This document shows, piece after piece, positions 1 through 12,880 of a stretch of 64,000 nucleotides of DNA. The notes under the pieces were generated by a model that saw nothing but the letters and a program-made list of their open reading frames with translations, ran no database searches and was not told the origin of the DNA. Origin of the DNA: Octopus sinensis (lineage: Eukaryota); the NCBI RefSeq assembly GCF_006345805.1, contig NC_042998.1:202554001-202618000 (forward strand), in the 5' to 3' direction. Both the position numbers and the translations under genes were made by a program. Positions within the stretch are counted from its first letter, which is position 1; every line of letters begins with the position of its first letter.

Positions 1-179
1 ATATATATATATATTTATATTATATATATATATATATACATATATATATAATATATTATATTATATATATATATATATGTATGTATGTATGTATGTGTGT
101 GTGTGCTATCTACTATCTATCTATATTATATATATATCTATATACATATATATATAATGTATATATTATATATATAGAC

Positions 180-247
<68 letters not shown>

Positions 248-781
248 TATCTATATATATCACATATATATATTATATATTATACATACATGCGTACACG
301 CATATACCCGCATTTACAATATGTATGTTTGAGCTTATGCTTGCGTATGTATTTGTATGTGTGCATTTGTGTGTTGGTATCTGCAGATACCACGATGTTT
401 TTTGAGGGGGTCTTTTTTGTTGGATTTTCGTTTTTTTTTTCCTTTTTTCGTTTTTTGGCTGGGGGGGGGGCTAGTTTGTAATAGTCATTTTCTTTCTTGT
501 AGTCATTTTCTTTCATTGTATTTTTTTTTTTTGATTATTTCTTTATGTAATTTTCTTTGGGCGGTTTTTGTTGTTTATTTCTCTTTGCGTTCCGTTGTTT
601 TAATTATTAATATAAGTGTTCAATTAGATTATTAGTTTCATGAATATATTGAGATGAAATGGAATTGCTGTCATGTGATTTCGTCCAGTTATCTTGTTTT
701 TTTTTGTGTGTGTGTATTCTTAGATTTATTTTATTCTATATTTTTTTCTTTGCTATGTATGCTCTTGTTTATTATTGCTAA

Positions 782-816
<35 letters not shown>

Positions 817-1719
817 CACATACACACATACACACATGCCACATATATACACACATACATGTAGGCACGCACATGTACACGCACACCACATATATATTGT
901 ATGTAGATGTCCTTTTGTTGTTGTCATTCTACATATGTTTTATTACGGTTGTGCGTGTCATGGAGGGGGCTATTTTCATTCTATTAATACGTCACTCTAC
1001 GCTGTAGAAGACTTCTATATTGGCTTGGCGTCAAAGTTATATCGCCTAATGAGTTTTGTATCGGAGACCAAGTTATAATTAAATGTTATTGAAGAGGAAA
1101 GAAAATCTATGTTATTTAGTAGTATTATTAGAGACTAGATAGTAAGGTAGTTATGAAGCTGGAGCCGTTTGGGGATGGTTGAATGTTTTAGGTTTCCATA
1201 GGATAAACGAACAGCTGAAACGGAAGTAATATGGCGGAATTCATCTTGATATTTCTCGCTGAAATATCTCTCGTTAAAACCTTTTCATTATATCGCTATT
1301 CTTATGTTGATGTTCTTCTGTGTATTGATCCCACAAGCAAATCATTCAATTAAAGATATGGAAACTGCTAGAAATGCATAGAAATGTCAATGAAATTAAG
1401 GTGCTGTACCCTCATATATCATGTTGGTTTTATTTATTTATTCGTGAAGTCTATTATTGGAAATCTAAAATTTCGTTATCACCTTACATAGTTGACCTTG
1501 AAGATTTGCTTCCTATGCGTTATATATTTTCTCCTCCCAGTATTGTATTTGAACGCTATTAACACTTGTTGATAATTGTTCTGGTCAAATGTATCCCAGC
1601 AAGATCAATCTGTTTTCCTCCTTTTCTCATAGCATAGATATTTTTTTATCATCGCTCCTGAATGTTTCTCTGTAATATCTATTCGTTATTTCTGTCCTGT
1701 TTGCATCGAAACATTCTTA

Positions 1720-2132
1720 TTTACTCTTTACTCTTTTTACTCTTTTTACTTGTTTCAGTCATTTGATTGCGGCCATGCTGGGGCACCGCCTTTAGTCGAG
1801 TAACTCGACCCCGGGACTTATTCTTTTTGTAAGCCCAGTACTTATTCTATCGGTCTCTTTTTGCCGAACCGCTAAGTGACGGGGCCGTAAACACACCAGC
1901 ATCGGTTGTCAAGCAATACTAGGGGAACAAACACAGACACACAAACACACACACACATATATATATATACATATAAATGACAGGCTTCTTTCAGTTTCCG
2001 TCTACCAAATCCACTCACAAGGCATTGGTCGGCCCGGGGCTATAGCAGAAGACACTTGCCCTTAGATGCCACGCAGTTGGACTGAACCCGGAACCATGTG
2101 GTTGGTTAGCAAGCTACTTACCACACAGCCAC
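1720..2132 (-). mobile_element. tRNA-derived SINE, family A (internal CA/TA microsatellite, (TAAAAGAG)n 3' tail)
   Basis: On the minus strand: head with A box TGGCTGTGTGG, a B-box-like GGTTCAGTCC and a CTTGGGCAAGTGTCTT-type motif; 3' end TGACTGAAACAAGTAAAAAGAG. Near-identical copies lie at 5685 and 29226. Confidence 0.9.
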
Positions 2133-2240
2133 GTCAACAATTTGTCAACAATTTTTTAGAAAATGTTATAATTCACGCATATCAGTTTCTGAAGTGAGCT
2201 TGAGTCGTATTCACTCACAGACACACACATACACATACAG

Positions 2241-2281
<41 letters not shown>

Positions 2282-2371
2282 ACACACACACAAGCACAAG
2301 CACATAAAGGTGCATACATACGTCAATGCATTCGAATAGGAACAGATATATGTGTATGTGTGTATGTATAT

Positions 2372-2683
2372 ATCACCGTGATCACCGTGACCGACCAGGC
2401 TATCAGATGTTGTTACACATCGCTGCTCACAATGCGCTTCGCATTGTTTTCGCCTTCGAACGACGCCACCCCGCTGGCTAAGCGAGCAGGCCAACAGTAG
2501 AAAGAGTGGGAGAAAGAGTGGTGAAAGAGTACAGCAGGGATCACCACCCCCTGCCGGAGCTTTGTGGAGCTTTTTTAGGTGTTTTCGCTCAATAAACACA
2601 CACAATGCCCGGTCTGGGAATCGAAACCGCGATCCTACGACTGCGAGTTCGCTGCCCTAACCACTGGACCATTGCACCTCCAC
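2372..2683 (-). mobile_element. tRNA-derived SINE, family B head/body with tail T4
   Basis: Minus-strand head GTGGAGGTGCAATGGTCCAGTGGTTAGGGCAGCG...GGTTTCGATTCCCAGACCGGG; the tail ends ...CCTGGTCGGTCACGGTGATCACGGTGAT. Same type as the copy at 5024. Confidence 0.9.
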
Positions 2684-2777
2684 GTATGTACATTATAATA
2701 TATATCTATATATATATATATTATATATAATATATATATTATATATATACTATATATATATAATTATCTATATATAT

Positions 2778-2881
<104 letters not shown>

Positions 2882-2896
2882 ATATTATCATATATA

Positions 2897-2958
<62 letters not shown>

Positions 2959-2999
2959 ATATCTATATCTATAGTAGGTCACATATATATATGTAGGTA

Positions 3000-3400
3000 A
3001 CATGTAACCCAGTACAACCTGTTGCATGCTCGGGCCGTCGGCGTCTAAACCGGCAACCCCACTAAGCTTGCTTGGTGAGGAGGGTGTTTATTGGACACCC
3101 TGCGGCATGAAAGACAAAACCCGTCAAAGGGCGGAGAAACACTTGAGAGTCAACGGCCATCCAATAAATGTGTATATTTTTAAGGCTTAAGGCTGTATCA
3201 GGCGCGTGGACATAGAAATAATCGGACTGAATACCCGATCGCGCGGTTAAACCATTGGGAGTGAAGGACTCGTAGCCTTTGTTAGGGCATCCTTCTAGGA
3301 GAAGGTAACTCAGGTAACTGGGATAACTCCGACATAAAACCTGCGGCTCGGTGGATTCCGATGATGTTGACTTGTTCTTTCTTTCGGATTATGGCAGCTG
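3000..3400 (+). mobile_element. Probable RTE-clade LINE 5' UTR fragment
   Basis: GC-richer island containing CTAGGAGAAGGTAACTC...AAAACCTGCGGCTC, which resembles RTE 5' UTR motifs as recalled. No ORF follows. Confidence 0.35.
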
Positions 3401-3575
3401 TTGCTTAGTGAGTGGGATTGACACAGTGCACAGCCTTTCCTCACTTTAAAAAGAATCTTCTTGCACAGGTATTGCACGATAGCAACATTGTTCATGATTG
3501 TTGATAGTGCTGTGAGTTTCAACTGAATAGCTGGCTGTAGCCTTAAAAAGCAAATAAAAGTCACATTCGATCTCA

Positions 3576-3758
3576 GCACCTTTAGTTGAGCAAATCGATC
3601 CCAGGACTTATTCTTTGTAAGCCTAGTACTTATTATATCGGTGTCTTTTGCCGAACCGCTAAGTTACAGGGTCGTAAACACACCAGCAGTCGATTTGCTC
3701 GACTAAAGGCGGTGCTCCAGCATGGCCGCAGTCAAATGACTGAAACAAGTAAAATTAG

Positions 3759-3804
<46 letters not shown>

Positions 3805-3981
3805 TAATATATGTATACGGCGGGCTTTTTCAGTTTCCGTCTACCAAATCCACTCACAAGGCTTTGGTCGGCCCGAGGCTATTGTAGAAGACACTTTCCC
3901 AAGGTGCCACGCAGTGGGACTGAACTCGGAACCACGCGGTTCGTAAGCAAGCTACTTACCACACAGCCACTCCTACGCCTA
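3576..3981 (-). mobile_element. SINE family A copy with an oppositely oriented tail segment inside (3689-3760)
   Basis: 3576-3688 and 3815-3981 match the minus-strand family A copies; 3689-3760 matches the family A 3' tail on the plus strand. Confidence 0.85.
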
Positions 3982-5023
3982 TATAATAATAAAATGAATA
4001 GGGACATTATTTAACCATAGTAGCGATTGGTATATCTGTTTCTCAAATTGCTTAAGTATTGATATTGGTCGTATCTGCTCTTGAAATTGTTCAAACTGAG
4101 ATCTGTATATGCCCTTTCATTATCATCTGATTAATATTCTGCATCTTCTGCATAACAATGATCTATAAAGGTAAGCCTTTGTATGAATGGAAAAGTTATA
4201 GTTTCACTATCTTTGTATCAAACTGTTAAGATGAGCATTAACTACATGGTGTCTCAAATTCTTTTTTCACATCTAGGAAGTAACACTGCCTTCAATTTAT
4301 TGTTGGTTAATAAGTTGTAGTATTTGTATGTACACATGATAAATTTAGGATAAATGTTATATAGCGAGGTGTAATTCAAAGATAATACAAAATATCACTA
4401 TTTATAAATTAGGATATGAAATTAATTATCAAAGAAAAAAAATGTTTTTCAAGCATCTGAATCAAGAAAATGAGAATATATGTCTTGATCTCTTTTGTAT
4501 TTTTACAATTAGTGGAAGAAAACCAATTAAATCATTCGTTTCAATTTAAATTTTATATGTAAGATAATAACTGTTATTTATGAGCCAGGTATTCAATATA
4601 TAAAGGTAAATTATGCAGGTATCTTTAAGTGCATGGGGGAAATAACCAAGTATATTATTAATTTCAGTTTACATTTTAAGAGAAATATCATTTTTATGTG
4701 GATTTATGTCTGCTAAAGCTTCTATTTCATACGTCTATGATTTTAAGTATGCAAAGGTAAATTCTATAATTACATGAGTTTAATAATATGATGTTTCTAA
4801 ACTGCTATTATTTATGTCTGTTGTATTTATTGGAGGAAGTTAAATGCTGATTAAATTATATAGAATTTAAATTATCATAAAAGAAACATGATAAGCAACA
4901 TTAATATAATATAAAATATCTAATTTGATGACCTGAGAGTGTAGCTCTAAGAAGGTGAATTAATGAATTAATAATGGAAAAAAAGTGATTAGATGGATTG
5001 TAGAATATCATATAACTTAATAT

Positions 5024-5310
5024 CACATGATCACGTGACCGACCAGACCATCAGATGTTGCGACACATCGCTGGTCACAATGCGTTCGCATTGTTTTAGC
5101 CTTCGAATGACGCCACCCCGCTGGCTAAGCGAGCAGGCCAACAGACGAAAGAGAGAAAGAGTGGTGAAAGAGTACAGCAGGGGTCACCACCCCCTGCCGG
5201 AGCATCGTGGAGCTTTTCAGGTGTTTTCGCTCAATAAACACACACAACGCCCGGTCTGAGAATCGAGACCGCGAGTCCGCTGCCCTAACCACTGGGCCAT
5301 TGCGCCTCCA
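5024..5310 (-). mobile_element. SINE family B with tail T4, 13-bp TSD
   Basis: Same head/body/tail as the 2372 copy. TATAACTTAATAT flanks both sides (5011-5023 and 5311-5323). Confidence 0.92.
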
Positions 5311-5684
5311 TATAACTTAATATATGATGATAAAATGAAAATGAAATTTATTTAACAATGATTCACAGATGACTAAGATTGATATTGCAGTTACAGGTTT
5401 TCTACATGCATTTGTTCAGGTGATATTTTACTGGACTCATATATAACATAGTAGGTTGTGGTGCAAATTATAATTATATGGTGTATGTTAGGAAGTTTTC
5501 TTCAATATTAAAAGTATGAGAGTAATGTTTAAAGTAAACGAAAAATTGATTTTAAAAAGGTGGAAAATTCCTATAATCTAATTCATAATCTAATGACTCA
5601 CTGCGGGAAGTTCAATTTATTGTTAGATATATGTATGTGACTAATGTATAAGACTTATTTTAGAGTTAGTTTTAAATATATCTA

Positions 5685-6104
5685 TTTTACTCTTTTACTC
5701 TTTTACTTGTTTCAGTCATTTGACTGCGGCCATGCTGGAGCACCGCCTTTTAGTCGAGCAAATCGACCCCGGGACTTATTCTTTGTAAGCCCAGTACTTA
5801 TTCTATCGGTCTCTTTTGCCGAACCGCTAAGTGACGGGGACGTAAACACACCAGCATCGGTTGTCAATCAATGCTAGGGGGACAAACACAGACACACAAA
5901 CACATACACACACACATAAATATATATATACATATATACGACAGGCTTCTTTCAGTTTCCGTCTACCAAATCCACTCACAAGGCATTGGTCGGCCCGGGG
6001 CTCCAGCAGAAGACACTTGCCCAAGATGCCACGCAGTGGGACTGAACCCGGAACCATGTGGTTGGTTAGCAAGCTACTTACCACACAGCCACTCCTGCGC
6101 CTAT
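5685..6104 (-). mobile_element. SINE family A, full length
   Basis: Minus strand starts ATAGGCGCAGGAGTGGCTGTGTGGTAAGTAGC and ends with (GTAAAAGA)n; internal (CA)n(TA)n. Confidence 0.92.
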
Positions 6105-6490
6105 ATCTGTTTATGGAAGCATAGATGCAGGCCCATAATAATTACAAAAATTATCTAAATTATAACTATCAGCTCAGTGCATATAGGTAAATATGAATGC
6201 CTATATATCTTTCTTAGATTGTGAATATTATTCGGATTTGAACGGACGGATGTGCACTAGTTATGTATTGGATCTTGAAGTTGTCTTCTTCCACGAATAG
6301 TTTATGGGATGAGAAGTAATTATTAGATGTTAGGTACGAAAAGGGAACATAAGTAGGGAAAATAATATTACGATTAATAGGATTGGTGTATTAATATATC
6401 GTTGGGAAATCTAGCGAACAGGTAATGAGAGATTGATTTAGTTGATATAATAGGAAAGCTGTATTAGCAAATATTGTGTGTGTGTACACG

Positions 6491-6523
<33 letters not shown>

Positions 6524-6793
6524 ACATGTATATATATGTGTGTGTGTGTGTGTATGTTTGTGTGCGTCTATGAGTGAATGTGTATATAAATGTAAAATCA
6601 GTTGCGCCTACAAATTGTTTCTCTTAGATTATATTTTTATTTACTACGAAGAAAATTTGTTGAAAGAGCAAGGAGGCAAAGGTAGATGCTATTCAGTGTG
6701 CTGAACAAGTTATAAATAACGGAGCTTAAACATTAAGAATAAATAGAGGGGAAAGTATGTGAGCGCTAAAAAATGCAAATATAATTATATTTT

Positions 6794-6829
<36 letters not shown>

Positions 6830-6854
6830 AAGTAAAGTACTAGTATTATATGTG

Positions 6855-7080
6855 CGAGCTAGCAGAAGCGTTAGCACACCGGGCGAAATGCTTTGCGGTA
6901 CTTCGTCTGCTGTTACGTTGTGAGTTCAAATTCCGCCGAGGTCGACTTTGCCTTTCATCCTTTCGGGGTCGATAAATTAAGTACCAGTTACGCACTGGGG
7001 TCGATGTAATCGACATAATACCTATGTCTGTCCTTGTTTGTCCCCTCTATGTTTAGCCCCTTGTGGGTAATAAAGAAATA
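6855..7080 (+). mobile_element. SINE family C with central GCCTTTCATCCTTTCGGGGTCGATAAA domain, 13-bp TSD
   Basis: Head CGAGCTAGCAGAAGCGTTAGCACACCGGG...GAGTTCAAATTCC; TSD AGTATTATATGTG at 6842-6854 and 7081-7093. Confidence 0.9.
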
Positions 7081-7650
7081 AGTATTATATGTGTGTGCGC
7101 GCGTGTGTGTGTATGTGATATATTATATATGTATGTGTGTTCATACATTTATAGTATATAAATGGATAACATAACTGCGTAGATCATTTATTTACAAGAC
7201 TACAGATTATAAACCAGAGTTTTTCTGTAAATGCTGAAAAGGGATACATATTTTCCTAGAATAAGTACAAAATAAGGAAACAAATTGAGTACTAAAAAGA
7301 TGTTTAGACATGTTGACTGAATATCCATAAATAAATGCCAGTCAGAGTGCATCATTGTTTTATATTTATTTCCGTAATCGTTTTGAACGTCTTGTAACCA
7401 GGAGCGAATGCGTTCAAAAAGCCAGTTGAGGTTTTCATACAGAATTCCATAACAGTCATTTCCAGAATGATAGTGAACGTTGAGTCAGCAACACTTTCCA
7501 CGACTTTCTTCTTATCTCCAAAAAATAAGCCTATACTTTTTTAATCTTGAGATTATCTCTGGTCCTAAATTTCACCTGGTAATTTTCATAAAGCGTCCAC
7601 AAAAAAATTCTAGCAAATCAAGGCTTTATGTTAAACGGTATTTGATATAA

Positions 7651-7881
7651 GGCGGCTAGCTGGCAGAAACGTTAGCACGCCGGGCGAAATGCATAACCGT
7701 ATTTCGTCTGCCGCTATGTTCTGAGTTCAAATTCCACAAAGGTCGACTTTTGCCTTTCATCCTTTCGGGGTCGATAAATTATGTACCAGTTACGCACTGG
7801 GGTCGATGTAATCGAATTAATCCGTTTGTCTGTCCTTGTTTGTCCCTCTGTGTTTAGCCCCTTGTGGGTAGTAAAGAAATA
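7651..7881 (+). mobile_element. SINE family C, 14-bp TSD
   Basis: Matches the 6855 copy; TSD GGTATTTGATATAA at 7637-7650 and 7882-7895. Confidence 0.92.
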
Positions 7882-7910
7882 GGTATTTGATATAACTGTA
7901 TTCGTCAATG

Positions 7911-8247
7911 GTGAAGACGCGTGGCTTAGTGGATTAGGATATTTGGCTCACGATCCTAAGGTCGTGAATTCGATTCCCAGCGGCGCGTTGTGTCCTTGAG
8001 CAAGACACTTTATTTCAGGTTGCTCCAGTCCACTCAGCTGACAAAAATGGGTGATACTTTTATTCGAAGGGCCAGCCTCGTTACATTCTGTATCACTCTG
8101 AATCTCCCTAAGAATGATTATTGGTATGTGTGACTGTGGGGTGCTCAACCACTTGCACGTCAATTTCATGAGCAAGCTCTACCGTTTATCGGATCAACTG
8201 GAAACACCGTCGTCGTCGTCGTGTTCGTCGCAAGCGACGGAATGCTG
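7911..8247 (+). mobile_element. CORE-type tRNA SINE carrying family B tail T1, 10-bp TSD
   Basis: tRNA-like head, then TTGTGTCCTTGAGCAAGACACTTTATTTCAGGTTGCTCCAGTCCACTCAGCTG (CORE-like), then a tail homologous to that of the 33773 copy. TSD TTCGTCAATG at 7901-7910 and 8248-8257. Confidence 0.8.
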
Positions 8248-8615
8248 TTCGTCAATGTTATTTAAACACATAATACAAGACACAGTTATTTCACTTAACT
8301 CATTTTTGTATATATTATGCAAAATAGATAAGATATACAAATTTTCTATTCTTGTTTGTATAAGGTCCTTATCTACAGGAGTTGTGGTCGGACAATTGTT
8401 GACCTAATGAAGGCTATCAAGTCAGAAATACGTATCCATGACTATGACTGATTCATCTTTAGATGTAAGCCTGTCCTTGTCTTTAATGATGTCAAATTTA
8501 GACAATTCTTGAATCTTATGTATATATATATATATATCTATATATATATATATATATATATATACACTCACACATACTCGCTCGTACACAGAAACACAGA
8601 AACAAACACACACAC

Positions 8616-8699
<84 letters not shown>

Positions 8700-9425
8700 G
8701 TGCTTTTTGTTCGTGTTTGCACCTTCACCATTGCTTGGCAACCGATATTGCTTACTTGTGTCACTGTAACTTAGCACTTCGGCAACAACGCCCAACAGTG
8801 CTTGGTCGATTTCTTTCACATCCTTCAATGTAGCGTCCCAGCATAGCCATAGTCCAGCCCAGTGAATGAAACAATTGAACTAAAGATAAGAAAGACATAT
8901 ATATGCAAGGGCCAGCAATCGTTGAACTGGACCCATTCTTGGAGACGATCTTCCAAAACACATTTCTGTCTGCAGGTTCCAAATTTTATCAATATCTTTT
9001 GAATAGCTGAGTTTTAGATGTTTAGTGAACGGGAAAGTAAATCAACGAACCGGGTAGCCCCTCTCTTTTGAAACACAGACTAGTTATGAAATTGGGCTCA
9101 AAAGCCCACCATATCTGCTAGAAATGTCGGCCAAGTCTAACGCATTAAATAATGTAAAGCTATATACCCAAGAAAAGAGACCTAATGGTCTCTTTTACAA
9201 GGCCTTTGATCATAGGCCTCTTCGATCGGGGTCGACCCGGGTTAACTAACATCAACAATGCAAGCAGAAAAAAATATTCATACACACATATATAAAGATG
9301 AGATACATCCCTCTCTCTCACTCTCTCTTCCTCTCTTTGTGTATGTATATATATATATATATATAAATGAAAGAATGGAGTTGAACGACGAATTAACAAA
9401 ATTCCTTTATTCTCGACATATATAG

Positions 9426-9459
<34 letters not shown>

Positions 9460-10164
9460 TATATATATAATATATATCTATACATATATATGTATATATA
9501 TATATATAGATATATATAAATGTATGTATATATATATATGTCTATATATATATATGTATATATATATATTATAATGTAAATATTTATGTATGCATGCATG
9601 CATACATACATATATACATACATAGGTGCATATATATATATTAATATGTGTGTGTGTGCGTGTGTGTGAGTGAGTTTGTGTGTGTGTGTATCTGTGTGTG
9701 TGTGTATGTATCTGTGTATGTGTGTGTGTGTGAGGTTGTGTATATATTCATATGATACGATGCTAAAAATACATCTACATACTATATTCCTACAAAACTT
9801 ACTGCTGCAGTGTCAGCGTCAATCCGAAATAAACCAAACAGACACTTTGACTTTGATATCAGTAACTCTATTGTGTTGCAATAATATGATGCTTCTGTAG
9901 AAACCGTCTGAAGACTTTGACGTCAAAGCCAATGAGAGATTGAAGGTGAACACTTAATGTTTCTGGTGAAAAACAATAGCTTCACAACACACATAGATAT
10001 ATTCAAAGATGAATTCCAATAAACACTAAGCTATGTTATTTTTCTCTTCTTTTTGCGACTTAAATTTTTATTTTTTGTCGTCTGTTTTTTTTTTGGGGGG
10101 GGGGGATTTTTTTTTATCTTTAAGTCCTCTCTTTAGGTCACCTTCGTCGTCTTTACTTCAAATT

Positions 10165-10210
10165 GCTGCTGTTACTATTATTACATTTATTATTATTTTT
10201 ATTATTATTA

Positions 10211-10286
<76 letters not shown>

Positions 10287-10336
10287 TATTATTATTATTG
10301 TTATTATTATTATTATTATTATCATTACTATTATTA

Positions 10337-10421
<85 letters not shown>

Positions 10422-10435
10422 CATTACTATTATTA

Positions 10436-10475
<40 letters not shown>

Positions 10476-10617
10476 TATTACTATTATTATTATTATTATT
10501 ATTACTATTATTATTATTATTATCACTATTATTATTATTATTATTATTATTACTATTATTATTATTATTTTTTATTATTATTATCATCATTATTATTATT
10601 ATTATTTATTATTATCA

Positions 10618-10678
<61 letters not shown>

Positions 10679-10718
10679 TAGTTGTAGTAGTAGTAGCAGC
10701 AGCAGTAGTAGCAGCAGC

Positions 10719-10774
<56 letters not shown>

Positions 10775-10778
10775 CAGT
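10165..10778. repeat. Long compound trinucleotide microsatellite, (ATT)n then (GTA/GCA)n
   Basis: Directly visible; it generates the poly-I/L/N/Y ORFs in the track. Confidence 0.97.
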
Positions 10779-12137
10779 GTTATTATCGTTGTGGGTATTT
10801 TACTTACTATTCTTACTACTTCTGATACTAAAAAAAACACTTCTACGTATTTCTGTTCCTTCTTAATACTTTATAGCTTCTTTAGTTCTTTTCATATTTT
10901 TTCCCTTATTTCATCCTTGGTATAACATTATGTCTCCTGCTGACATAGGCTTCTATCTCCTCTATAGTCTACCTCTTTTAGTCTCTCTTTATAGCCAGTC
11001 ATTTCATCTTAATCTACTTCATACATGAGTTACAAAAATCTTTAAAAATATTATAGTTAGCGATGGCAATATATATATATATACTTCAGTATGTATGTAT
11101 GTATAATTTGATACGGTAACCTTCTAATCTCGCAATTTATAAGTCACTGATTTCTATTCTCTAGACGTTGAAGGCCTTGTTCCCTTGTTTAAACCATATT
11201 CCTATAAATTCCTGGCAATGACGTATCAAGAATAAAATATGTTAACATTTCAGAGAAATAGCGGGCAAAAGCTGCATCAAAGCTTGCTCGGTATATTTTC
11301 GTAACTTAGACATTTCTAAGTATAATTTACAATTATAGAATCATAATGGTTCTAATGAAGAAACAATACCCTCCCTGGGAATATAAGGAATATTTTAGAT
11401 GATTTAATAAATGTTTTTCTTCATTTTTGAAAATGTAGTATGAATTATCGTTTGTGATACTGAATGGTTACCTGGAATTCGGTTTAGGGGACCATTTTCT
11501 AAAATAACATGGGCATCGTTCATATACTTCTACTAATATTGTGACAGCGTTATTTGCAGCGATTTTGCAGGGAATTTTAGAGAGTCATCATAAACCTTAA
11601 TTGATCAAACAGTCAAAAAACGGAAGTGTTATACCACGTAGCAACAAATGTTCGCTATCATCTTCAGATTCTTCAGTTCTGTGATATTACAGTGAGCCTG
11701 AGACTATTGACGTTATGCGTCCTCGATTTGCATACAAAAATATAGCTTCGTTGAAGTACATAGTATCATATTTATTTATCAAATACACACACATACACGC
11801 GCCCGCACTCGCACATACATACAAACAGACGTAACAAACATGCATGCATGCATGCATCCATCCATCCATCCATCCATCCATAAATACATACATGCATACA
11901 TACATACATACATACATACATACATACATACATACATACATACATACATACATACATTATTATTATGGCTGCCCCCTCGTTATCGAGTATGGCCATTGCA
12001 CGAAGCTTAACTGTTACTGGTGCTGTGATCGAATGTGACTTTTTAGCCCAGCTAATGATCTACAATGTCTTGTATAAAATTGGCAACTAAAACCTTTACT
12101 GGTAATACATATATACATACATACATACACATATATA

Positions 12138-12880
12138 TGTTGTCAAAAGTATCCGATCTTATTATTTTTTTTTTTGCACTAAATAATAATGCGTGAGTAA
12201 AACACGTATTGATGTTTGTTGGCCGCGTCCTATCTGAGAATGCGCAAAAATGTTCGTGTCTGTAGGTTGTCCGCAGTGACGTGTTCAGTACAGACGTTAA
12301 GAGGGTGCTGCGCTATCTCTTTTTTTACTCAAGATGACTGAGCGCATTGAGCAAAGATCCCTTATCAAATTCTACCAAAATCTTGGTGATACGCAAGTCC
12401 AAACTATCGAGAAGATTCAGAAATGCTTTGGAGATGATGCTATAGGAAAAGCACAAATAAAGGAGTAGTACAACCGGTTCAAAGATGGCCACACTTCAGA
12501 GGACAGTGGGCGACGTTGTGATAGACCATTGACAAGTAGAAACGAAGAAATGGTTGCAAAAGTTCAAGATAGTCTACGTGAAGCTGCGCGACTAAAAGGA
12601 CACGACCTATGGACAGCAAAGAACAGGCAATTTCACCATGACAATACATCCGCTCATTCCACCCACGTCGTCCAAGCATAATTCGTCAAGCAAAACACAT
12701 CACTTGTTCGTCAGACTTCCTATTTGGCTGTATGTGACTTCTAGCTATTCCCAAAGCTAAAAAAAAACACTCAAAGGGAGAAGATTTGAATCAACAGAGG
12801 ACATTAACCAAAATTTGACGGCATATCTCTACAGTATAACATAAAGAGAATTCCAGAAATGTTTCCCGCTGTGGTAAATT
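12138..12880 (+). pseudogene. Mariner (DD34D-type) transposase remnant with a large internal deletion
   Basis: From ATG 12334: MTERIEQRSLIKFYQNLGDTQVQTIEKIQKCFGDDAIGKAQIKE*YNRFKDGHTS (mariner N-terminal HTH), jumping to HHDNTSAH...LAVCDF*LFPKLK..LKGRRFES (mariner C-terminus). Stops and frameshifts present. Probable left TIR near 12138; right TIR not seen. Confidence 0.88.

Noticed and set aside
836-1078. FYIG motif suggestive of a GIY-YIG endonuclease
   Set aside because: The upstream GIY-like strand and downstream R/E residues are not convincing; the ORF is largely microsatellite.
9173-9196. Perfect 10-bp hairpin ending in TTTT, terminator-like
   Set aside because: Eukaryotic context, no upstream gene; compatible with chance or a repeat remnant.
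10033-10866. 277-aa and overlapping poly-I/L/N/Y ORFs
   Set aside because: Translation of (ATT)n/(GTA)n microsatellites; no coding evidence.
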